Assembly (NCBI GenBank): GCA_050331735.1
Contig: JBHJGN010000024.1
Coordinates: 10,755-74,754 of the forward strand
Origin: Cyanophyceae cyanobacterium
GTDB taxonomy: Bacteria; Cyanobacteriota; Cyanobacteriia; Cyanobacteriales; JBHJGN01
Length of the DNA stretch: 64,000 nt
Direction of reading: 5' to 3'
The first letter of the stretch is position 1; each line of letters starts with the position of its first letter. The position numbers and the translations under genes are program-made. The notes below the pieces were generated by a model. That model saw only the letters and a list, made by a program, of their open reading frames with translations. It searched no databases and was not told the DNA's origin. Positions 49,226 to 59,172 of this stretch are shown here, piece after piece.

Positions 49226-49255
49226 GGCTCTCCCTTTACCGGGAGGGCTTTTTTT
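49226..49255 (+). terminator. Rho-independent terminator
   Basis: GGCTCTCCC-TTTACC-GGGAGGGCT followed by a T-run. Confidence 0.8.
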
Positions 49256-49302
49256 GTGCTTGATTAAACATCTACATAGTTTATTGACTGAGGCAAGTAT
49301 TA

Positions 49303-49423
49303 TACCATCTCTGGAAAGTAAAGCGACAGATGCTTAGTAGGGGAAAAAGGGGAAATCGTTCTCATCAGAACGGGTAAAGGTTTCAGCTCTCTTTTGTTTA
49401 TGTAGCATCACTAAGAAATGGTA
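49303..49423 (+). mobile_element. MITE family A, diverged copy
   Basis: TACCATCTCT..AAGTAAAGC.ACAGATG...AGAAATGGTA flanked by TTA/TTA. Confidence 0.75.
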
Positions 49424-49501
49424 TTACAGGCTGGCTGATTAATCTTAAGATCGCCGATGATAGAGTTATTAAGTTGCTCGCTCCCCAACCACTAATCTTA
49501 T

Positions 49502-52132
49502 ATGAATAGTCTCAAGCGTATTCGGACCTTGTTTAGTACTCGCTACTTAACTAAACGGTCTTTGGATGTTCGCTATGCTTTGGTAGAAGCTTGTGGGATC
49601 GGGCTATTTTCGGCACTGGCAGCTCTATTTCTCAAAGAAGGTATTCGCTGGTTAGGAGGCTGGCGAATTCAGGCGGCTAACGCTGTTGGGGATGGTTTGG
49701 CACTGCCGATTGCAGGACTACTGTTTGGGGGATTAGCCGGACTAATCGTAGAACAGCTATCGCCAGAGGCAGCAGGAGGAGGAATTCCTCAAGTTAAGGC
49801 AGTTTTAGCCCGTTTTTCGCTGCCGCTCAATTTACGGGTCGCGATTGTTAAAACTGTCAGCACCGTTTTACTGCTCGGAGGAGCCGGTTTAACGCTGGGT
49901 CGTCGCGGTCCTACCGTTCATATTGGAGCGGCGCTAGCAGCGCAGCTTAGCCGCTGGGTTCCGACTTCCCCAGAACACCGTCGTCAGATGATTGCGTCCG
50001 GTGCGGCGGCAGGATTAGCGGCTGGGTTTAATACACCTATCGCTGGTGTTTTATTTGTGGTTGAAGAATTGATGCGGGATATTTCAGGCTTGACCCTGGA
50101 AACGGCAATTCTGGCCTCTTTTGTGGGAGCAGTCGTCTCTCGGAGGATATTAGGAACTCCAGACGAGATGAATCTCCCCGTTACCATGCTCGATGCCGCT
50201 GTGCAGCGTGGTTTCTCGGCTCAGGAAATTCCTTTCTATATTCTCCTGGGCGTTTTAGCGGGTGTTTTGGGAGGACTGTTTAATCGGGGCGTTCTCTTTA
50301 GCATAGCGGTGAATCGTCGTTTGCGTTTGGGAATGCCCTGGCGAATTGGGCTTGCAGGTCTTATTTCTGGAGCCGTTATTGCCGCTTTGCCGCCGGTATT
50401 CCGGGATAATGCGGGATTGCGGGAGTTCTTGATGATGAGCGAAGGAGATTGGCAAATCACGGTACTCGTCTTTGTGGTGCATTTCTTGCTAACTCTGCTA
50501 GCTTATGGTTCGGGAGCACCGGGAGGATTGTTCGCTCCGGCTTTAGTCCTCGGCTCGGCTCTGGGCTTTTTGGTCGGGAATGTCCAAGAATTGCTGTTAG
50601 GTGTTGGCTCGTCAAATACCTATGCCTTGGCAGGAATGGGCGCTTTTTTTACGGCTGTCGTGCGAGTGCCGGTGACGGCGATTGTAATCGTTTTTGAGAT
50701 GACAACAGATTTTAATCTGGTTCTGCCTCTGATGATCGTCTCGGCGGTGGCTTATGTGGTGGCAGAAAGCGTTTCCAGTGGTTCGCTGTACGAACACCTG
50801 TTAGAGCCGAGCGGCATTCAGCTCGATAGCGAGATTCCCAACAATATGCTGACTCGCCTAAAAGCAGATGACGTGATGCAGTCTCAGGTAGAGGTTCTCG
50901 CCAGCGATTTAACCATCGACGATGTGCTCCAGACAATCTCCCGTTCTCCCCATCGCGGCTTTCCGGTCGTTGAAGAGGGCAAATTGGTCGGCATAGTAGA
51001 CCAAGAAAATTTGACGGCGCTGGCACAAAAGTCAGGACAAACTCTCAAAGAGGTGATGACGCCGCAGCCGATTACAATTTGTCCAACCGCTTCATTAAGC
51101 GAAGTGCTGTACTTGCTCAATCGCTATCAGCTCAACCGCCTTCCGGTGGTCGAAGGTCGAGCCGTGGTTGGAATTATTACCCATAGCGATATTATTCGGG
51201 CTGAAGCCAAACAGCTCAGCGGTGATTCTCCCAGCGCCACAGCCCCCGCTCCTTCCTACGTAGTGTATCAAACTCACTCGCCAGCTACGGGAAAAGGCCG
51301 CCTTTTGCTGCCTCTGGCTAATCCGCAAACCGCTGCTGACCTGCTCGAAATTGCGATCGCCATTGCCTCTTACTATCACTATGAGCTAGAGTGCCTTCAG
51401 GTGATCGAAATTCCCAAGCATTGTTTCCCCGACCGGACACCCGTCAATACCTTAAACAGCCGTCGTTTGCTGCGGAGAGTAGAAAAGCTCGGTCGAGCGA
51501 GGAAAATTCCGGTTCATACTCAAATTAAAGTCGCGCCGGATGCGGCTGATGCCATTTTAGAAACCATTGCTCAGCGACATATCAACATCGTGCTGACGGG
51601 CTGGAAAGGCAGCACGTCTACCCAAGGAGCCGTTTTCGGAAATGTTGTTGATACTCTCATTCGCAAAGCGGCTTGCGATTTGCTGCTGGTCAAGCCCGGA
51701 GAGCCTCTCGATTTTCAGAATATTAGTCAGAAATGGCTCATTCCAATTGCTGGAGGTCCAAATGCTCAGCGCGCTCTCGAATTTTTACCAGCTTTAACAG
51801 CTCACGACCGCCGCCACGAATCAAACATTTTACTGTGTCAGGTTCATTCCCCTGATTCGCCTGCCGATACCACGAATCTGAAGAAAACGGTTGCCTCGCT
51901 ACAAGAACAGTTAAAATTACCCATTACGCCCGTTCCCATTCGTTCACATACCGTGGCCGATGCGGTGATTTGCCTCGCTATGACAGAGAAATGCGATGTC
52001 GTGATGCTCGGAGCCAGCCGAGAAGGTTTATTGCAGCAGGTGGTGCGCGGTAATATTCCACGGGCGATCGCCCGAGAAGTTAGCAGTACCGTAATTTTAG
52101 TGCGGGGAGCTTTCACTAAACCTCGCCCCTAA
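49502..52132 (+). CDS. ClC chloride channel/antiporter with CBS pair and two USP domains
   Basis: GGGIP, GRRGP (Arg at the gating-Glu position), GLFAP, CBS (HRGFPVV, LPVV), USP (PLANP, PIAGGPN, LGAS). Confidence 0.92.
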   Translation: MNSLKRIRTLFSTRYLTKRSLDVRYALVEACGIGLFSALAALFLKEGIRWLGGWRIQAANAVGDGLALPIAGLLFGGLAGLIVEQLSPEAAGGGIPQVKAVLARFSLPLNLRVAIVKTVSTVLLLGGAGLTLGRRGPTVHIGAALAAQLSRWVPTSPEHRRQMIASGAAAGLAAGFNTPIAGVLFVVEELMRDISGLTLETAILASFVGAVVSRRILGTPDEMNLPVTMLDAAVQRGFSAQEIPFYILLGVLAGVLGGLFNRGVLFSIAVNRRLRLGMPWRIGLAGLISGAVIAALPPVFRDNAGLREFLMMSEGDWQITVLVFVVHFLLTLLAYGSGAPGGLFAPALVLGSALGFLVGNVQELLLGVGSSNTYALAGMGAFFTAVVRVPVTAIVIVFEMTTDFNLVLPLMIVSAVAYVVAESVSSGSLYEHLLEPSGIQLDSEIPNNMLTRLKADDVMQSQVEVLASDLTIDDVLQTISRSPHRGFPVVEEGKLVGIVDQENLTALAQKSGQTLKEVMTPQPITICPTASLSEVLYLLNRYQLNRLPVVEGRAVVGIITHSDIIRAEAKQLSGDSPSATAPAPSYVVYQTHSPATGKGRLLLPLANPQTAADLLEIAIAIASYYHYELECLQVIEIPKHCFPDRTPVNTLNSRRLLRRVEKLGRARKIPVHTQIKVAPDAADAILETIAQRHINIVLTGWKGSTSTQGAVFGNVVDTLIRKAACDLLLVKPGEPLDFQNISQKWLIPIAGGPNAQRALEFLPALTAHDRRHESNILLCQVHSPDSPADTTNLKKTVASLQEQLKLPITPVPIRSHTVADAVICLAMTEKCDVVMLGASREGLLQQVVRGNIPRAIAREVSSTVILVRGAFTKPRP

Positions 52133-52228
52133 TTGACACGAACCACTCCCTTTAGAAAACTTGGCTCTTGCTGTCTCACCGTTCAAGCGAATGAATCCAA
52201 TTGAGGTACCATTAACAAGTTTTCCCAA

Positions 52229-52675
52229 TTAGAAGCGAGCAATCAGAATAACGCCGAGCACGAGAAAAAACGCACCGAGGGAGCGCATAACATTGAGCGG
52301 ATGCACAGCAAAGCCCAGCCAGCCAAAGTGGTCCAAGGCGATTGATAGCAGTAATTGACCCGTCACAAAAAACGAAATCCAAGCCGCTGCTCCAATTTGC
52401 GGCGCGACTACCAAAGCGATTGTGACAACTACAGCTCCAATAGCGCCACCGCAAACCCACAGCCACCAAGGTAGAGCAGACATTTTAGCTGTAGGAGGCA
52501 GGGGAACTTGTAAGGTGATAGTGATGCTGATAAGCAAGAACAGCCCGACGGCAAAAGAGAGCAAGGAAGCTAGCAACGGATTGCCAAGATGACTAGCGAC
52601 CAGGCTATTGATTCCGGGCTGAATGGCAAAGAGCGCTCCGGCTAAAAGAGCGGTGATAAGCAAAATAGAGGACAT
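52229..52675 (-). CDS. DMT-family transporter (YdcZ-like)
   Basis: Q.GIN, WW.W.GG, GQL..S..LDHFG. Confidence 0.9.
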   Translation of the reverse strand: MSSILLITALLAGALFAIQPGINSLVASHLGNPLLASLLSFAVGLFLLISITITLQVPLPPTAKMSALPWWLWVCGGAIGAVVVTIALVVAPQIGAAAWISFFVTGQLLLSIALDHFGWLGFAVHPLNVMRSLGAFFLVLGVILIARF

Positions 52676-53028
52676 TATTGCTTGTAGAAATCAATCACTA
52701 AGTCGGTGTAATTACATAAACAATAGACTAATAAACTATTCTTGCGTGGATTTTGGGATAAAATTACAAACTCAATCATTTTTACTGCTGATTTAAGCAA
52801 TAAATTGTGGATAATTTCTGATATACGGTACGAGACTTTTACAAGTCTTAGTAATTAGAAAAATATTTCTAGCCGCACAAATTAGTAAAGACTTTAAGGG
52901 TCAAAAGCAGAAATACTGAAGCCAGGAACAAAACTTTTCATTGATCAGCCTCTCAAGAGTTGGGTGCGGTCGGCGCCAGCATCATTCTTTCTTATCGATT
53001 GGTCGAACAGTATCAAAAAGGAAAGTTA

Positions 53029-53170
53029 TACCATTTACCGAAAGTAGTCAGATAGTTCCTTAAGCTAACCAAGCATTGGAGGTTCAAGGGCAAAGAGCTG
53101 CTGTGCTTCCCTTTCCCCTTTACCCCTTCCCCCAACTCATCAAGTCTCCTATTACTTTTTCTAATTGGTA
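53029..53170 (+). mobile_element. MITE family B copy
   Basis: Near-identical to 26296-26430 plus one extra heptamer; TTA/TTA flanks. Confidence 0.85.
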
Positions 53171-53554
53171 TTAACTAATCAGCTTCCAGCATTTCGATAT
53201 CTTGAATGGCTCGATTGGCAAGTGCGACAACATCTGAGCCATCAACTTCTCGAACCAAGTCGGGTGTTGTCTCTCTCCCCATTTGTCTGTTGATTGGTCA
53301 CACTTTTCAAATCCGAGGCATGGCACAAGGAGGTGATGTTGAGAAAGGGAATTCGCTGATATAATAGCGACGCTTTTCATTATCTGTCATTTGCTGTGTG
53401 ACTTTCCGAGAACATCCTGCTTATTTGGTGCCTACTGAACATTTACACAGATCTGTATTTGGCGATCGCTACTCTGGCCGATAGAGCAGTCCGCTTTGGT
53501 CTGACTGCGCTAATACTTGCCTGCTGCTGTATTGGATGAATTTAGCTAATCTCA

Positions 53555-54247
53555 ATGACTCCGGCTCAAACTCGTTCACCCCATTCATCTACTTCCTTAC
53601 TCGCTGTTGAGCATCTCGGTCGCAAGCTCGACCAGCGCTGGCTCTGGCGGGGGGTCAGCTTTGAGCTTAAGCCTCAGATGCGGCTAGGTTTGGTCGGACC
53701 CTCAGGAGCGGGCAAAACCCTATTGTTTCGTGCCCTAGTAAATTTAGATCCGATAGATGAAGGAAACATTAGCTTGGCTGGGCGATCGCTCTCTCAGTGG
53801 TCGCTTCCCGACTACCGTAAAAGAGTGCTCTATCTTCCCCAACAACCTGCTCTGTTTGAAGGGACAGTAGAGCACAATCTCAAAATGGTCTTTCAGCTTT
53901 CGGTCCATCAGAATCGCGCCTATGAACGCTCTCGGATTCTGATTGCTCTTGAAACCCTCGGTCGTGGCGATCATTTTCTGACTCTATCAGCAACTCAACT
54001 GTCGGGGGGAGAAAGCCAAATTCTGAGCCTACTACGAGCGCTACAGTTAGATCCCCAGATTCTCTTGCTAGATGAGCCAACTGCTTCTCTAGACCCTGAT
54101 TCAACTAGACGAGTCGAGGTGCTGCTCGAGCGCTGGCTACAGGCTAAGGCTGACCGTGCCTGCATTTGGACTAGTCACGACCCGGAGCAAATCCACCGAG
54201 TCACAGGAGAACAACTCAATCTACAGACGTTCAACTATGCCGGCTGA
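53555..54247 (+). CDS. ABC transporter ATP-binding protein (FetA/YbbL-like)
   Basis: GPSGAGKT, LSGGE, LLDEPT, TSHD. Confidence 0.88.
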   Translation: MTPAQTRSPHSSTSLLAVEHLGRKLDQRWLWRGVSFELKPQMRLGLVGPSGAGKTLLFRALVNLDPIDEGNISLAGRSLSQWSLPDYRKRVLYLPQQPALFEGTVEHNLKMVFQLSVHQNRAYERSRILIALETLGRGDHFLTLSATQLSGGESQILSLLRALQLDPQILLLDEPTASLDPDSTRRVEVLLERWLQAKADRACIWTSHDPEQIHRVTGEQLNLQTFNYAG

Positions 54248-55034
54248 ATACCTGACCATCTCTTACAGTCAACTTTTCCTTGCGACTTTACTCATCGCTG
54301 TCAATCTGGGCATTTCTATTGCCTTTCAGCTTCATCTGACTCGTTCTCTAATCATTGCTAGCCTCCGCATGGTAGTTCAACTGCTGCTGATTGGCTTTGT
54401 CCTGGAGTGGCTATTTAATCAGCAGAATCCTTGGCTAATTGTAGCGATCGCCTTGCTCATGGCTGGAGTGGCGGGGCGAGCAGCGGTGGAGCGCACAAAT
54501 CGGCGCTTCGGCGGCATCTACTGGAACAGTATTCTGTCTATTCTCAGTGCCGCAATGGTAGTAACGGGTTGGGCTGTCGTCGCGATTATTCAAGTAGACC
54601 CTTGGTACGATCCTCAGTATGTAATTCCTTTACTGGGTATGGTACTCGGTAACGCCCTCACGGGCATTTCCCTTGCTTTAGACCGCCTCATGGAAGGATT
54701 AGTGAATCAACAAAATCAGGTTGAATCTCTGCTGGCCTTGGGAGCAAACCGCTGGGAAGCTGCACGCCGTCAGGTTCAGGAGGCGGTGAGAACGGGGTTA
54801 ATCCCGATTACCAACTCGATGATGGTGATGGGCCTTGTGAGTCTGCCAGGGATGATGACAGGACAGATTCTGGCTGGGGCCAGCCCGATTGATGCAGTGC
54901 GATATCAGATTGTGATTGTTTTTATGATTGCTTCTGGGACCGCTTTAGGAACGTTTGGAGTCGTGCTATTGTCATTTAATCGGCTATTAAGTCCCTCTCA
55001 TCGGTTACGTTTGGAGCTGCTGCGAAAACCCTAA
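54237..55034 (+). CDS. fetB: ABC transporter permease (FetB/YbbM, UPF0014)
   Basis: RMVVQL, PQYVIP..GMVLGN, GLVSLPGMMTGQIL.G..P..AVRYQI. Confidence 0.88.
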   Translation: MPAEYLTISYSQLFLATLLIAVNLGISIAFQLHLTRSLIIASLRMVVQLLLIGFVLEWLFNQQNPWLIVAIALLMAGVAGRAAVERTNRRFGGIYWNSILSILSAAMVVTGWAVVAIIQVDPWYDPQYVIPLLGMVLGNALTGISLALDRLMEGLVNQQNQVESLLALGANRWEAARRQVQEAVRTGLIPITNSMMVMGLVSLPGMMTGQILAGASPIDAVRYQIVIVFMIASGTALGTFGVVLLSFNRLLSPSHRLRLELLRKP

Positions 55035-55205
55035 GAGAATATCTGAGATCAAATGCTGAGCTCTAGAGATATGGCTGAGTTCTCTCTACCTCATGCAGGG
55101 TTTGGGGAGCTATAGTACCCGCGCGATACCGTTGGGTTAGCGTTTAACCATCGTCAAAAAGCTAAGATAGGTCACTGTCCCTCATTCAACTAATATCTAC
55201 TGAGC

Positions 55206-55757
55206 ATGTTAAAACTTTACGGTGGCGCTAGAAGTCGGGCCTCGATTGTGCAGTGGTACTTAGAAGAACTCGGAATTGATTACGAGTTTGTGCTGCTGGA
55301 TATGGAAGCTGGAGAACACCGACAGCCAGAATTTCTTCGGATCAACCCGATGGGAAAGGTTCCGGCGATTGTTGATGGTGATTTTCAACTGTGGGAGTCG
55401 GGAGCTATTTTACTTTATCTGACTGAGAAGTATGCTCCGCCGCAGACTCTGGAGCAGAAAAGTATTTTATCCCAGTGGATTGCGTTTGCTAATGCGACTC
55501 TAGGACCGGGAATCTTTGTAGAAGCCAGTCGGGAACGGGAAATGCCGAAGCTGCTGACTCCCCTTAACAACATCTTCAGCCGTCAGTCATTCCTGCTGGA
55601 AGAATTTACCGTCGCAGATGTCGCGGTTGGCTCACTGCTTGCCTATATCCCCGTCATGCTAAAGCTCGACCTCAGCGACTACCCAGCAGTGATAGAGTAT
55701 ATTCAACGGCTGGCCCAGCGCGAAGCGTTTCAAAAGGTCATGGGCAAACGGTTTTGA
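55206..55757 (+). CDS. Glutathione S-transferase
   Basis: SRA..WYLEE, NPMGKVP, WESGAILLYL, FTVADV. Confidence 0.93.
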   Translation: MLKLYGGARSRASIVQWYLEELGIDYEFVLLDMEAGEHRQPEFLRINPMGKVPAIVDGDFQLWESGAILLYLTEKYAPPQTLEQKSILSQWIAFANATLGPGIFVEASREREMPKLLTPLNNIFSRQSFLLEEFTVADVAVGSLLAYIPVMLKLDLSDYPAVIEYIQRLAQREAFQKVMGKRF

Positions 55758-55794
55758 GCTAAGCTGCTTTTCTTCAGCATTGCTGCATACAAAA

Positions 55795-55815
55795 GGGCAT
55801 CTCGAGAAGATGCCC
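55795..55815. terminator. Hairpin between convergent GST and psbK
   Basis: GGGCATCT-CGAGA-AGATGCCC preceded by AAAA (T-run on the minus strand). Confidence 0.65.
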
Positions 55816-55840
55816 TGCCTTTAGAGTATCAATCAGCAGT

Positions 55841-55978
55841 TTATTTAAACCCAACGGCTGCTTGCCAAACAAAGGCAAGTAAGAGAAAGAATACCGGAAT
55901 AAGCGGTAAAACATCCACCAGGGGATCGAAGAGAGAGTAGGCTTCTGGCAGTTTTGCTAAAAGCAGTGCTGCTTCCAT
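55841..55978 (-). CDS. psbK: Photosystem II reaction center protein K (not in ORF track)
   Basis: [45 protein letters not shown]. Confidence 0.98.
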   Translation of the reverse strand: MEAALLLAKLPEAYSLFDPLVDVLPLIPVFFLLLAFVWQAAVGFK

Positions 55979-56117
55979 ATATCTATCTACCTTTTTAAAC
56001 TTTTGCTATCTTTATGAGAAATTTTAACATGGTTTGTTCTCTCGACTGTTAAACAGCAAAAATAGAGTAGTGCCTTCTCTGTATTTCAAGCCGATTCAGC
56101 CCGGAGAATTTTGCATC

Positions 56118-56744
56118 ATGTCAACCCTGAATGCCAGTACTTTGTCTCTTAATGATGTTCATCGTTTACTTGAATTGCAAGAACAAGACAGTGGCTCATT
56201 CGCTCATCTACTGTCTTTAAAACCGCTCACCGAATACGAACAGCAAGAACTCGATCGCATTTGGCAGGACTTTAAACCCTATGTAACATCAGGGAAAGTA
56301 TCTGAGGGGGTTGTTAAGGCAATGACTACTTTTCCTCTGTTACGGGCCGCCGGTTACTACAGTCCTCCGATTCGATTCAGAATTGAGGAGGGAATCGCTG
56401 CTCTTGATATTCGCAGTGAAGAGACTAAAATTACAGGACGATTTGACATCTTAGCCGTTAACAACGAGCAGGGATCCGCCGCTAGTACTCCTCTCTGGAT
56501 TTTGGTCATTGAAACTAAAGAAGGCTTAGCTAACGTTTGGGCTGGCTTACCGCAACTGCTCACCTATGCTTACCAAAGTCTAGAGCATCAAGAGTCTGTT
56601 TGGGGTTTGGCAACGAATGGACTTAACTATCAGTTTGTCTACCTAACAGAGAATCCGTTACAGTATCAGCTCATGCCGTTGCTCAACCTATTTGAACGGC
56701 AAAGCTCCTTTGAATTGCTCCAGGTGCTAAAAGCTATTCTTTGA
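56118..56744 (+). CDS. Stand-alone HsdR-N-like PD-(D/E)xK nuclease-fold protein
   Basis: SEG.VK, GRFDIL, VIETK, QLLTY, WGLATNG. Confidence 0.8.
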   Translation: MSTLNASTLSLNDVHRLLELQEQDSGSFAHLLSLKPLTEYEQQELDRIWQDFKPYVTSGKVSEGVVKAMTTFPLLRAAGYYSPPIRFRIEEGIAALDIRSEETKITGRFDILAVNNEQGSAASTPLWILVIETKEGLANVWAGLPQLLTYAYQSLEHQESVWGLATNGLNYQFVYLTENPLQYQLMPLLNLFERQSSFELLQVLKAIL

Positions 56745-56758
56745 AGCGCCGTTGGCGC

Positions 56759-56806
56759 AGGGGAAAGGGGAAAGGGGAAAGGGGAAAGGGGAAAGGGGAA
56801 AGGGAA
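56759..56806. repeat. Heptameric short tandem repeat (GGGGAAA)n
   Basis: About six consecutive GGGGAAA units between convergent genes. Confidence 0.9.
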
Positions 56807-56854
56807 GGTAAATTAGCTTGTTCCTCGATCCCTTTTTCCCGTCCCTCCGGGACT

Positions 56855-58324
56855 TTACTCCCTGGCTCCTGCCTGCTGCAATAACTGTACAACTTGAGGG
56901 TAGTTATTGAACTGAGCCAGCATAAGAGCCGTGTACCCTCCCTTATTTTTTAGATTGAGTTCAACCTGATTAGTAGCCAGGAGAGCTTTGACAATTTCAG
57001 CGTGGCCTCGATGCGCTGACCACATGAGAGCGGTGGCTTGAAACTGATCTTGTAGATTGACGTTGGCTCCTGCCTGAATTAATGCTTTAACAATTTCGAC
57101 ATGACCTCTGTCTGCCGCCTGCATGAGGACGGTTTTACCGTTGGAGAGGCGGGTATCGGGATTAGCTCCCGCTTCGAGTAACGCGGTGACGATTTCTTCA
57201 AAACCTTGAACAACAGCAACGGTGAGAGGCGTTTCTCCCTGATTCGACTGATTCGGTGTGGCCCCGGACTTCAGCAGTTCTTGAACAATACCAGTGTGTC
57301 CCTGCAAGACGGCCACCAGAAGAGCGGTATCTCCGAGGCGATCGCGCACGTTAACATCTGCCCCCCGCTTGAGTAAAGCCTGCACAATTCCTAAATGGCC
57401 TTCCACCGCCGCGAGGTGTAGGGCCGTGGCTCCGTCCGCGTCCTGAACGTTGACCGCTGCTCCAGCCTCTAGCAGGCAGTCCACGACATCACCATGACCT
57501 TCGGCGGCGGCGATCGCTAGCGCCGTCGCGTTCTCTTCTGTGGAGAGATTAACGTCTGCCCCGGCAGCGAGCAGAATGCGCAGCATCGCCACATCCCCTT
57601 GTTCCGCTGCTAAGGTAACGGCAAACTCCCCGTCTTTGTCTTGACGATTTACGTCTGCATTCGCCTGTATTAAGCGCTGGACGGCGGACAGATTGCCTAA
57701 AACCACGGCCTGCATGAGCGCTGTCCTGCCTTCGGCATCAGTGGAATTAACCTCCATGCCCTGCTCTAGCAACAAATTAATGGTTCCGAGGCTGCCTTCG
57801 CTCACGGCGGCGAAAAAAGCGCCTGTTCCCAAGTAGGGATCGGCTCCTTGCTGAAGTAAAGCTTGCACGATTTCTAGGCGATCAGCTTGTGCCGCTAAGT
57901 TGAGAGCCGTATCTCCATCTTTGTCTTCCCGATTGACCTCGGCCCCTGCCGCTATGAGCAGATTAACCAGCGCCAGATAACCTTTATAGGCAGCAATCAT
58001 CAGCGGCGGCGTACCATCATCATTAGTCGCATTTACGTCAGCGCCAGCATCAATTAGCAATTGAGCCGTTTCCAGCCGATTCGCTCCCACCGCTAACATC
58101 AAGGCTGTTTGCAGATGAGGAAATTTCTGCCGATTGACTTCTGCTCCAGCCTGGAGCAGTGCCTGCACCATTCCAGTGTGGCCTCGTTCAGCCGCATACA
58201 TGAGAGCTGTTGTGCTGTGGTTATCGGCTGCATTCGCGTTCGCGCCTTGAGCTAGCAAAAGTTGCACTCGCTGGGAATCCCCACTGCGGGCAGCCTGAAT
58301 CAAACGGCGGTCCCAGTTTGACAT
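56855..58324 (-). CDS. Ankyrin-repeat protein
   Basis: Many 33-aa TAL..AA..GH..IV..LL..GADVN repeats. Confidence 0.95.
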   Translation of the reverse strand: MSNWDRRLIQAARSGDSQRVQLLLAQGANANAADNHSTTALMYAAERGHTGMVQALLQAGAEVNRQKFPHLQTALMLAVGANRLETAQLLIDAGADVNATNDDGTPPLMIAAYKGYLALVNLLIAAGAEVNREDKDGDTALNLAAQADRLEIVQALLQQGADPYLGTGAFFAAVSEGSLGTINLLLEQGMEVNSTDAEGRTALMQAVVLGNLSAVQRLIQANADVNRQDKDGEFAVTLAAEQGDVAMLRILLAAGADVNLSTEENATALAIAAAEGHGDVVDCLLEAGAAVNVQDADGATALHLAAVEGHLGIVQALLKRGADVNVRDRLGDTALLVAVLQGHTGIVQELLKSGATPNQSNQGETPLTVAVVQGFEEIVTALLEAGANPDTRLSNGKTVLMQAADRGHVEIVKALIQAGANVNLQDQFQATALMWSAHRGHAEIVKALLATNQVELNLKNKGGYTALMLAQFNNYPQVVQLLQQAGARE

Positions 58325-58530
58325 CGCTTTATTCTCGTCAACGACTGCCACAGACTGCAATGGCAAGATAGTGATGCTGATACCAGCGTGACTGCATTCC
58401 GTAGCTATTGGTCTTATTTTCTCACCTTTTGTTCCTTTCTTGTGGCTTCACGGTCACGAATCGAACTCAGAACCAGCGGCGTTTGTGCTAAGTTTTATAA
58501 AGATTTCTTAGATCGATTGGGGAGAACACT

Positions 58531-59001
58531 ATGAGCGTTGAAATTCCAGAATCCGTAAAAGTCTGGTCCCAATTTGCTCATCCAATTTTGATGTGGCTGC
58601 TGTTGGGAGCGGCGGTTTATTCACTGTACTCTGGCATTCAAATTTGGCGCATTCGTAATGCCGACAAAGAGGTGAGGAAAGAGCTCAATCAAAAAGACTT
58701 TAGAACCAAACATCACCAGGTGGGGTCCGTGCTGCTGGCATTTATGGTGTTTGGCACCATTGGCGCGATGGCTGTCACCTACGTCAACAACGGCAAACTG
58801 TTTGTTGGTTCTCACCTGTTGACCGGATTAGCAATGACCGGACTGATTGCCAGTTCTGCTGCAACGGTTCCGTTTATGCAAAAAGGGCAGTCTTGGGCGC
58901 GCTATACTCACTGGACTCTTAATTTAGGTCTTTTAGGCCTGTTTGGCTGGCAAGCGGTCACGGGAATGACGATTGTGCAAAGGATTATTGAGAAGATGTA
59001 A
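58531..59001 (+). CDS. DUF4079-family membrane protein
   Basis: HP.LMW, HHQVGS, NNGKLFVGSHLL, ARYTH, QAVTG. Confidence 0.85.
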   Translation: MSVEIPESVKVWSQFAHPILMWLLLGAAVYSLYSGIQIWRIRNADKEVRKELNQKDFRTKHHQVGSVLLAFMVFGTIGAMAVTYVNNGKLFVGSHLLTGLAMTGLIASSAATVPFMQKGQSWARYTHWTLNLGLLGLFGWQAVTGMTIVQRIIEKM

Positions 59002-59172
59002 ACATAGCGATTCTCGAACCAAGAAAACACCCTTTGGTCGATGGGAAAAGGGGAAGGGGAAAAGGGAAAATTCTTTCCTCTCTAACCGTTTCAAAGTTCC
59101 TTTCTTCCCCTCCTCGGCAAGAAGCGCAATATCCGCTAAAGAAAAGAGATTTTTCGCTCTTCCTCTGCTTTT

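Noticed and set aside
53175..53380. Short minus-strand ORFs next to MITE B (69 aa, and 35-aa MGRETTPDLVREVDG...)
   Set aside because: No recognisable motif or homology; cannot be supported
56118..56744. Type I restriction-modification system
   Set aside because: Stand-alone nuclease-fold domain with no hsdM/hsdS or motor domain
56759..56806. Possible CRISPR array or G-quadruplex system
   Set aside because: Simple heptamer tandem repeat without spacers; no cas genes in the window
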